Shown here: positions 44,622 to 52,167 of the stretch, piece after piece
Position numbering within the stretch: position 1 is the first letter of the stretch
Layout: the number at the start of each line of letters is the position of its first letter
Source of the DNA: Limosilactobacillus gorillae
Lineage (GTDB): Bacteria; Pseudomonadota; Alphaproteobacteria; CAAGCB01; CAG-977
Assembly: GCA_963604715.1 (NCBI GenBank)
Contig: CAVCSV010000010.1
Span: forward strand, 1 to 56,684
Direction of reading: 5' to 3'
DNA: 56,684 bases
Notes under the pieces: generated by a model
Databases searched by the model: none
Seen by the model: only the letters and a program-made list of their open reading frames with translations
What the model was told of the DNA's origin: nothing
Made by a program: the position numbers and the translations under genes

Positions 44622-47600
44622 ACGAAGAATTACTCAGCTCATCGGACAAATATCTGAAGAAATCCAACCGGACTTTGCTTCTGGTTGGAATCTTCGCGTT
44701 TTTGGCTTTTTTCGTCGGCTTGATTATTCTGCTGAGCGGCGGCGAAAAGCAAAAGGAAGACGCAAAGGCAACCGTCGATGGGGCGAGTGACGCTTTTACC
44801 GACATTTCAGGCGGCGGGGCGGACAACTTTGCCACGTTCGACGAACCGTCCAGTTCGATTAAGCTGAACATCACGCCGGAATCCCTGCGCTTCGACCAAG
44901 TCGTGCTGGGGACTTCGGCAGAAGGCGCGATTACGATTACGCCGTCTGCGGGGCGCGTCAGCATTATGGAAATCGGGTTCGAAAACAACCCCGACGACGG
45001 CTTCAATTTGGAAAGCAAATGCAAGCCGAACGATGTTTTGACCCCCGATTTGTCCTGTACCGTCGTTGTCAAATGGGAACCGAAGACCGCGCGGACGATT
45101 CAATCCAACTTGGCGATTAAGTGGCGCGACGAAACGGCGGGCGCAATCGGCAAAACGGTGCTGGTTTCCGTGTCCGCCATGGCAATCGACACCAGCCTTT
45201 GCGGCGTGTGCGACGAAGCGCCGGGCGGCGGAACGACCGCTGACCAGCTGCGGCAAAAAGGACGCTTGATTCTGGGACCCGACGGCAAGCCTATCGGGTA
45301 TGCCGACGAAAACGGCGTTGTGTACGGCTTGGACGGCAAGCGTATCGGCACTTTGCGCCCCGACGGAACGGTGGTCGACGATCAGGGCTACATCATCGGC
45401 GTTGCGGAGGGCGTGCGCGTCGCTTTGGGTCCCGACGGCAGCATTATCGGAACGATTCTGCCCGACGGTCGCGTGATTGACAAAGACGGCAACCTTATCG
45501 GCTATGCTTTGCCCGACGGAACAATCGTCGATTTGAACGGCAATGTTATCGGTATGGCGATTCGGACGGGAACGGCGGTCGACAAAGACGGCAACGTCAT
45601 CGGGCGCGTGATGCCCGACGGGCGCGTGCTGGACGAAAACGGCAATCTTATCGGTTATTTGAACCCCGACGGAACGATTGTCGATTTGAACGGCAACATC
45701 ATCGGTTCGGTGATGCCTTCGGGAACGGTCGTCGACTATTTGGGGCGCGTGCTGGGCATTGTTTTGCCCGACGGGTCGGTCGTTGACGTGGACGGCAATA
45801 TCGTCGGGCGCGTTTTGCCCAACGGCATTGTGCTGGACAAGGACGCCGTGCCTATCGGACGCGTGATTCAGGAAGGTCTGGCAATGGGTCCGGGGTGCAA
45901 GCCTTTGGGGCGCGTCGCCACGGACGGTTCGGTGATGTCTTCGAACAGACAGGTTGGTCGTCTGACCGCGTCGCGTCTGGTGCTGGATATGAGCAACAAT
46001 CCCATCGGCAGCTATGTGCTTGAGGGGGCTTTGCTGGACTGGGACGGCAAAATCATCGGAAAAATCAACGCCGACGGTCAGCCCGTTTCGTTCAAGGACG
46101 AACCGTTGGGCTGTTTGCTGCCCAATACGTTCGTGGTCAACGACAACGAAGAAATGATTGCCGCGACGCGTCCGTTCGGAACGGTCGTCGGAACGTCCTG
46201 CGGATTTGAGGGACGCGTCATGCCTGACGGCTCCGTCGTTCAAAACGGTGAAATGAAAGGGCGCATTCTGCCCGACAAAACGTTTTTGAGAACGGACGGC
46301 ACCATCGGCGGCGCGATTGCGCGCGCGGACATCGGGCTGGCTTCGGGGTGTTCGACTTTGGGCTTTGCCGACATCGAAGGGCAGATGAAAACGACCAAAG
46401 GCGAATATGTCGGCTGTCTGGCGGCGAACGGCAACGTTTTGGATGACAAGTATGTCGTTTTGGGGCGCGTGACGGAAGCGCGCACCGCTTTGGGCATTGA
46501 CGGGCGCGTTGTCGGGCTGGTGGACGGCGCGGGCAGAGCCATTGACAGAAACGGAAAAGTGTTCGCCTGCATGGATGCCGAATATGTCGCGATTTCCGAA
46601 GACAAGGGCGAGCCGATGGGGATTTCCGCCCCCGAAGGCGGCGTGCTGGACCGCGACGGGCGGACAATCGGCTGGGTGATGCCCGACGCTTCGGTCAAAA
46701 ACACGCAAGGCGGCGCAGTCGGCAAAACGCTGGGCGATTCGTCCGTTATCGATATGAACGGACAGAAAATCGCGCGCGTCGTTCCGTATCAGGGACTGCC
46801 TTTGAAAAGCGCGTGCGAACCGATAGGTCGGATTTTGAAAGACGGGCGCGTCGTCGACAAAGACTTCAAACGCGTGGCTTATCTGCACATGGACGATTCG
46901 CTGACCGACGAAAAAGACAACTTTATGGGACGTCTGGCGATGGCTCAGCACGGTATCGACACGCGCAGCAACTATGTCGGGTCGGTGGACGATACGGGCG
47001 CTTTAATCAATCAGGCGGGCGAAAAAGTCGGCTGTTTGCGTCCCGACAACGTATTCGTCGATTCGGACAACAAATTCAAAGCGGCGCAAATGCTGACGGG
47101 ACTTGCCGTCGATGCCAAGACGGATTTGTATGCGCGCGGCGATTCAATCGGCAAAGCGCTGAATTTGAAAGGGACTGAATTCGTTGGCAAAACGCTGGTC
47201 AGCACTTACATCCGAACGGACCGGAAAATCGTAACGGGCGGCATTATTCCGTCGGGGGCAACGGTTTTGGACATCAAAACCAGCAAGCCCATCGGGCGGT
47301 TACTGCCCGACGGGACGGCGGTCAATCTGCAAAGCCGTTATTTGGGACGCTTGAAAATGCCGGGCGGCGACGTTGTCGACCGCGCGGGAACGGTTGTCGG
47401 TAAGATTTTTGTCGGATTGCAGCAGGTTATCGGACCGAACGGCGAAATTTTGGGTGTTGTTCTGTCCGACGGCACGGTGATTGACGAATTCGGGCGCGTT
47501 ATCGGGCACGCGGATTTGGACGGCAAAGTCGTTGACAAAGACGGCAAAGTCATCGGCGAAGTCTTGCCCGTCGGCATGCCCGTTTTGGGTCCCGACGGCA

Positions 47601-50600
47601 AAATCATCGGCTATGTCGGGCTGAACGGCGAAATCGTCGATGAAGACGGCAATCCCGTAATGGGACCCGACGGCAAACCTTTGCGTTATCGCGCGGGTGG
47701 CATGGTTGTCAGCGCGGACGGCAAAGTCGTCGGCTACATCCTGCGCGACGGCTTGGCAATCGATTTCGGCAACAAAGTTTTGGGCGCGATTGACGCGGCG
47801 GGCGTCGTCAAAGACAAAAGCGGCAAAGAATCGGGCACGATGCAGGTCGACGGAACAGTCGTTGACAAACTGGCGAAACCGATTGGGCGCGGTTTGGTGA
47901 ACGCCGTTCCCGTCGCCAGACAATGCAGGGCTTTGGGAACGCTGAACGCGGACGGCAAGGTGGTTTCCTCTGCGGGGGATGAACTGGGCTTTGTCACTTA
48001 CGACCGCGCCGTTCTGGACAAGGAACACAAGCAAATCGGCATTGCGCTCAGCCCCGATTCCGTGATTGACAGACCGTGCAATATTGTCGGCGAAATCGGA
48101 CGCGACGGCAAAGTGCGCAACCAAAACGGCAAAGAAATCGGCTGTGTCGATTTCGACGGAACGGTTGCGGATAAAAACACGAAAAGAATCGGTGCCGTCA
48201 TTCAAAAAGGCGCCGTTATCGGCTTTGACGGCAAAGTGTTCGGCAAAGTCGTCCCCAGCGGCGAAGTGCTGGACGACGGCGGCAAAGCTTTGGGCTGTTT
48301 CGGTTTGGACGGTGCGGTTTTCGACAAAAGCAACAAGCTGACGGGCGTGTCCGACGTGATGAAATACGCCGTGGACAACAAAGGAACCGTCGTTGCGCGC
48401 ATTGTCGGCGGCAATTATGCGGTTTCTTTGGAAAACGACACGTCCGTCGGCACGATGAAAAACGGCAAGCTGCAGGATGCCAAAGGGGCGGAAATCGGCA
48501 TTGCCGTTCCTGCGGGACGCCGCGTCATCGGGCGCGACGGGCGGATAGTCGGCACGGTTTTGCCCAAAGGCGGCGTGATTGACGACGACGGCAAGGAAAA
48601 AGGCATTGTCACCGCCAAAATGAAGGCGATTACGGCGGACAGGAAATTCTTGGGGCGTGTCGTTCCGATTGGCGAAGAATGCAAAGACAAAGAAAACAAA
48701 ATCGTCGGTAAAGTTCATTTCGACGGCACAATCGTCGACGAAAACGTCGAAGTGCTGGGGCGTTTGATGGCGGACGGCACGGCGCTGAGCAACGCTGGAA
48801 CGTATCTGTGTTCGATTTCCCCGATGAATATCATCGACGATGCTTGGATTGGCAAAGCGGTTTACGACGCGAACGGCAACCTTATCGGCTATGTGGACGA
48901 AGACGGCTTTGTGCGCGACGCGAACGGCAACATCATCGGTCGTGTTCTGCCCGACGGGACGGTCGTGGATTTGAACGGCAACGTCATCGGTTCCGTTTTG
49001 GAAGGCGAGCCGATTTATGACGAAAACGGCAACCTTATCGGCATCATTCTGCCCGACGGGCGCGTTGTCGATTTGAACGGCAATTTACTGGGACGCATTA
49101 ACGCCGACGGCGAAATCGTCGACGAAGACGGCAATGTCATCGGTATTTGGAAAAACGGCAAGCTGATTACGAAAGGCGACAAGCTGAAGCCGCGCTTTGC
49201 TTTTGGCAAGGACGGCAAACGTATCGGCATGATTTTGTCGGACGGAACGATTGTCGACGACAAAGGAAACGTTATCGGACGCATTGACGAAGACGGCAAC
49301 ATTCTGGATTTGGACGGCAATATCATCGGCGAACATATCGAAGACAAAGGCAAAGTGTCCGTATTCGGAAAATTCGACCCCGACGCGTACCGCTACCGTG
49401 GCAAAAATTTGGGCGCGGGCGGCGGCACGGGCAAAGGCGAACGCTACGACCCCGCGCGCATCAAGGAATTGCGCGCAAAACAAATGGCGTACCGCCGCAT
49501 GATTCGTCCCGGTTTGGGCGCGGCGGCAAGCGAGGATTCCGAAACCGCGTTGCTCAACAAACAGCACAGAGCCAAAAACTGGGTCGGAATCGGTCAGAAG
49601 AAAACCGTATCGTCCTACCGCGTGAACATGGACAATATGATTCTGGCGGACAAGGCAATTCCCGCCGTTTTGACGCGCTCCATCGATTCGCTGTATTCGG
49701 ATGCGCCCGTATCCGCGGTTGTCGAACGCAACGTTTATTCGGAAAACGGGCGCAAGGTCATCATTCCCGCGGGCAGCCGTTTAATCGGCGAACTGTCGGG
49801 CAATGCGGGCGGTTCCGACACACAGCAAATCACCGTCAAAATGCAGGTCAAATGGACGCGTTTGATTCGTCCCGACGGCGCGGCGTTTACTTTTGTGGAC
49901 GGATCTTCGGGCGATGCGCAGGGACGGGAAGGCATTTCGTCCTATGTCGATTTGCAGCTACTTAAAAAATTCGGCACGCCTTTGATGCAGAGCACGATTT
50001 CTTCGGCGATTTTGTGGGCTATGTCGTCCAATTCAAAACCCGAAGTCGGCAACGACGGCGAAATCGCTTTAAGCGACCGTCAGCAGGCGGCGCAGGATGC
50101 GCGTTCGAAATTCTCGGACGACATGCAAACCATGTTTGACGAAATTTTCAAAATGACATCCAAAATTCCCGTCCGTTCTTATGTTCCGTCGGGAACGCGC
50201 ATTACCGTTTTTGCGGGCGAAGACTTGTGGTTGCGTTCGGAAGTCGAGGACAAGGAAGGCGAATTGGCAAGACCCGAAGGGTTGGTCAACGAGGATTTGG
50301 GAACCGAAAAAGACGATATGGAAAAACGTGAAAACGCCCAAAACAATCAGGGGACGGGACAGGTCAATTCCCAACAGCAGCAGGGCGCCGCGCCGAACAA
50401 TCCGCAGCAACAGCAGCAGCTTTACTACAACAGCTACGGTCAGCCGCAGATGCCGCAGCAGGGCGGGCTGATTTCCCAGACCCCGCCGCAGCAGGGATAT
50501 TATGCGCCCCCGCCCGGATATTACGGATACGGGTACGGCGGTCAGCCGCAGATGCAGCCGCAAAGCCAGCTACTGACGCCGTCGCAACCGTCAACGCAGC

Positions 50601-50665
50601 AAAGACGCGTCCAGACCGTCAAAGAGGAAACAAAAGACGAAGACCCCGCGCCGGAACTGTTCTAA
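44618..50665 (+). CDS. virB10: Giant VirB10/TrbI-family T4SS core protein (2015 aa) carrying an array of about 80 x 17-aa repeats
   Basis: The ATG at 44618 forms an ATGA overlap with the virB9 stop. The TM segment is LLLVGIFAFLAFFVGLIILL. The C-terminal TrbI/VirB10 barrel reads AIPAVLTRSIDS...VIIPAGSRLIGE...VKWTRLIRPDGAAF...GDAQGREGISSYVD. The repeat array and Q/P/Y tail are covered in the findings. Confidence 0.88.
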   Translation: MNEELLSSSDKYLKKSNRTLLLVGIFAFLAFFVGLIILLSGGEKQKEDAKATVDGASDAFTDISGGGADNFATFDEPSSSIKLNITPESLRFDQVVLGTSAEGAITITPSAGRVSIMEIGFENNPDDGFNLESKCKPNDVLTPDLSCTVVVKWEPKTARTIQSNLAIKWRDETAGAIGKTVLVSVSAMAIDTSLCGVCDEAPGGGTTADQLRQKGRLILGPDGKPIGYADENGVVYGLDGKRIGTLRPDGTVVDDQGYIIGVAEGVRVALGPDGSIIGTILPDGRVIDKDGNLIGYALPDGTIVDLNGNVIGMAIRTGTAVDKDGNVIGRVMPDGRVLDENGNLIGYLNPDGTIVDLNGNIIGSVMPSGTVVDYLGRVLGIVLPDGSVVDVDGNIVGRVLPNGIVLDKDAVPIGRVIQEGLAMGPGCKPLGRVATDGSVMSSNRQVGRLTASRLVLDMSNNPIGSYVLEGALLDWDGKIIGKINADGQPVSFKDEPLGCLLPNTFVVNDNEEMIAATRPFGTVVGTSCGFEGRVMPDGSVVQNGEMKGRILPDKTFLRTDGTIGGAIARADIGLASGCSTLGFADIEGQMKTTKGEYVGCLAANGNVLDDKYVVLGRVTEARTALGIDGRVVGLVDGAGRAIDRNGKVFACMDAEYVAISEDKGEPMGISAPEGGVLDRDGRTIGWVMPDASVKNTQGGAVGKTLGDSSVIDMNGQKIARVVPYQGLPLKSACEPIGRILKDGRVVDKDFKRVAYLHMDDSLTDEKDNFMGRLAMAQHGIDTRSNYVGSVDDTGALINQAGEKVGCLRPDNVFVDSDNKFKAAQMLTGLAVDAKTDLYARGDSIGKALNLKGTEFVGKTLVSTYIRTDRKIVTGGIIPSGATVLDIKTSKPIGRLLPDGTAVNLQSRYLGRLKMPGGDVVDRAGTVVGKIFVGLQQVIGPNGEILGVVLSDGTVIDEFGRVIGHADLDGKVVDKDGKVIGEVLPVGMPVLGPDGKIIGYVGLNGEIVDEDGNPVMGPDGKPLRYRAGGMVVSADGKVVGYILRDGLAIDFGNKVLGAIDAAGVVKDKSGKESGTMQVDGTVVDKLAKPIGRGLVNAVPVARQCRALGTLNADGKVVSSAGDELGFVTYDRAVLDKEHKQIGIALSPDSVIDRPCNIVGEIGRDGKVRNQNGKEIGCVDFDGTVADKNTKRIGAVIQKGAVIGFDGKVFGKVVPSGEVLDDGGKALGCFGLDGAVFDKSNKLTGVSDVMKYAVDNKGTVVARIVGGNYAVSLENDTSVGTMKNGKLQDAKGAEIGIAVPAGRRVIGRDGRIVGTVLPKGGVIDDDGKEKGIVTAKMKAITADRKFLGRVVPIGEECKDKENKIVGKVHFDGTIVDENVEVLGRLMADGTALSNAGTYLCSISPMNIIDDAWIGKAVYDANGNLIGYVDEDGFVRDANGNIIGRVLPDGTVVDLNGNVIGSVLEGEPIYDENGNLIGIILPDGRVVDLNGNLLGRINADGEIVDEDGNVIGIWKNGKLITKGDKLKPRFAFGKDGKRIGMILSDGTIVDDKGNVIGRIDEDGNILDLDGNIIGEHIEDKGKVSVFGKFDPDAYRYRGKNLGAGGGTGKGERYDPARIKELRAKQMAYRRMIRPGLGAAASEDSETALLNKQHRAKNWVGIGQKKTVSSYRVNMDNMILADKAIPAVLTRSIDSLYSDAPVSAVVERNVYSENGRKVIIPAGSRLIGELSGNAGGSDTQQITVKMQVKWTRLIRPDGAAFTFVDGSSGDAQGREGISSYVDLQLLKKFGTPLMQSTISSAILWAMSSNSKPEVGNDGEIALSDRQQAAQDARSKFSDDMQTMFDEIFKMTSKIPVRSYVPSGTRITVFAGEDLWLRSEVEDKEGELARPEGLVNEDLGTEKDDMEKRENAQNNQGTGQVNSQQQQGAAPNNPQQQQQLYYNSYGQPQMPQQGGLISQTPPQQGYYAPPPGYYGYGYGGQPQMQPQSQLLTPSQPSTQQRRVQTVKEETKDEDPAPELF
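45263..49330 (+). repeat. In-frame tandem array with a 51-nt (17-codon) period inside virB10
   Basis: Consecutive units parsed by hand include TILPDGRVIDKDGNLIG, YALPDGTIVDLNGNVIG, MAIRTGTAVDKDGNVIG, RVMPDGRVLDENGNLIG, YLNPDGTIVDLNGNIIG and IVLPDGSVVDVDGNIVG. 4068 nt divided by 51 gives about 80 units. Exact 17-21-nt DNA repeats recur at 45486, 48873 and 49026, and at 45527, 45680 and 49067. Confidence 0.9.
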
Positions 50666-50683
50666 GGGAAAGGAATGTAAAAT

Positions 50684-51661
50684 ATGTCGACAGATGCTTT
50701 TCAGGTGTTGAAATCGGTTTTGCGCTACTTGTCCTATTGGTACGAACAGGACAACGTGGAAGAAGTCGCCATCAACCGACCCGACGAAATCTGGCTGCGT
50801 TTGCGCGGGCGGCGCGCGCATCCGTGGGCGTGTCAGCAGGACAAAAACCTGTCCAGAACGTATTTGATGGATTTGATGCATATCATCGCCAACACGTTCG
50901 AATTGCCTTTCGATCCCGAAACGGGTTCGCCCGCCGTATACGCGACTTTGCCGGGGGATCACCGTTTTACGGGCATTGCGGGCAAAAACGTGATGTACGA
51001 CAACGAAGATTTGACGGGCGGTATCGCCATGTGCGTCCGCGTCCATTCCGACGACGTTAAATTCGGGCTGGGCGATTACGGATTGAAAGCGGGCGAACGT
51101 CTGCAAAAGCTGAATAAATTGAAAGAGGTCGAAAACCCCGAAGACCCCTACGAACGTTTAATCCTGTCCATCAAGCGCGGCGACCACATTTTGGTTTCCG
51201 GTGCGACGGCGACAGGTAAAACAACGTTTTTGAACAACCTCTTAACGATTCTGGATTCGCACAAGCGCGTCATTACAATCGAAGATACGCGCGAATTGAT
51301 TGTGCCGCATCCGAACCATGTTCACTTGGTTTTGTCGCGTACCGAACAAACGAACACGATGACGTATCCGAAGCTGATTGACTTGGTCGTGCGTTTTACG
51401 CCCGACGCGATTATCGGCGGTGAAATTTCAACGGCGAATGCGGGGGCGTTGTGGGAACTGATGGGGTCAGGGCACGACAACTGCTTTGCAACCATCCACG
51501 CGGAAAGCTCGGAAGCCGCCTACAAAGCGTTTACCGACCGTATTCTGCACTGTTACCCGACTATCGACCGCGAAAAAACGATTGCCGAAATGCACGACAA
51601 ACTGCGTGTCGTTCAAATCAACCGTCAGGGCAACATTCGCGCGGTTACCGAAGTTACTTAA
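50684..51661 (+). CDS. virB11: VirB11-family T4SS traffic ATPase
   Basis: Walker A is LVSGATATGKTTFLN, followed by VITIEDTRELI. The His-box region is PDAIIGGEISTANAGALWELMGSGHDNCFATIHA. Confidence 0.88.
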   Translation: MSTDAFQVLKSVLRYLSYWYEQDNVEEVAINRPDEIWLRLRGRRAHPWACQQDKNLSRTYLMDLMHIIANTFELPFDPETGSPAVYATLPGDHRFTGIAGKNVMYDNEDLTGGIAMCVRVHSDDVKFGLGDYGLKAGERLQKLNKLKEVENPEDPYERLILSIKRGDHILVSGATATGKTTFLNNLLTILDSHKRVITIEDTRELIVPHPNHVHLVLSRTEQTNTMTYPKLIDLVVRFTPDAIIGGEISTANAGALWELMGSGHDNCFATIHAESSEAAYKAFTDRILHCYPTIDREKTIAEMHDKLRVVQINRQGNIRAVTEVT

Positions 51662-52068
51662 CCGTTGGTTTCGGGGGCGGGTTGCTGTTCCGCCGCTTGT
51701 GCCCGATGCGCGCTTTGTTCGTTCAATCCGCGCGCGATGTTCATATTGATGCTGATGAGGATGTCCAGCGCCTTGGCTTCGGGATTTGCCATGACGGCAA
51801 AGGTGTGCTTGAAAATAAAGTGCGCCAGATTGAACACGTTTTGTTTGATTTCAAAGGGTAAAGGGTTGGATTCTTCGGTTGCGTCGCTGACCAGAATCGT
51901 CCAGAGCTTGCGGTTTAAATCCAGCGCTTCCTGCAGCTGTTCTTTGGACACGGGCCAGTTTTCCTTGCACGCGTTCAGCCGCGAAGCGGTGCGAACCAGC
52001 GCGCGGGCTTCCAATTCGTTTTGGGGGAGGGCGGACGATTCTGCCGCGGCATAGGGATTCGTGTTCAT
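51658..52068 (-). CDS. flaF: FlaF-family flagellar biosynthesis regulator homologue
   Basis: The 136-aa product reads ELEARALVRTASRL...ALDLNRKLWTILVSDATEESNPLPFEIKQNVFNLAHFIFKHT...INMNIARGL, which matches the FlaF pattern as I remember it. Its stop overlaps the virB11 stop (ttaa). Confidence 0.65.
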   Translation of the reverse strand: MNTNPYAAAESSALPQNELEARALVRTASRLNACKENWPVSKEQLQEALDLNRKLWTILVSDATEESNPLPFEIKQNVFNLAHFIFKHTFAVMANPEAKALDILISINMNIARGLNEQSAHRAQAAEQQPAPETNG

Positions 52069-52167
52069 TTTTAAAAAGCTCCTGTTTAAAAAGAAACTGA
52101 ACTATGCTACCGTAAACAGGTTAAGAAATCAAAAAAGAAAAGCTTTTGAAAAAAAGGATTCCAAAAA

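Noticed and set aside
44807-48718. Two long minus-strand ORFs (44807-46951, 714 aa; 47300-48718, 472 aa) inside the virB10 repeat array
   Set aside because: They result from the 51-nt periodic, stop-poor repeat DNA. The plus-strand frame is continuous with a bona fide TM segment upstream and a TrbI/VirB10 barrel downstream. The antisense products are periodic low complexity.
45263-49330. The periodic 51-nt repeats considered as a CRISPR array or non-coding satellite
   Set aside because: The period is a multiple of 3. The array lies in one open frame for 4 kb with conserved amino-acid positions rather than conserved nucleotides, and there is no repeat/spacer alternation.
41410-51661. The T4SS cluster considered as part of an integrative conjugative element or plasmid remnant
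   Set aside because: No relaxase, T4CP (VirD4/TraG), integrase, oriT-like or partition genes are present, and I saw no flanking direct repeats. The only tRNA (37739-37815) is separated from the cluster by five ordinary genes. Composition matches the neighbouring core genes.
52081-52120. An 8-bp inverted repeat cctgttta...taaacagg in the flaF/SBP divergent intergenic region, considered as an operator
   Set aside because: It is a single short AT-rich inverted repeat with a 24-nt spacer. This is plausible by chance in an AT-rich promoter region, and no cognate regulator is nearby.
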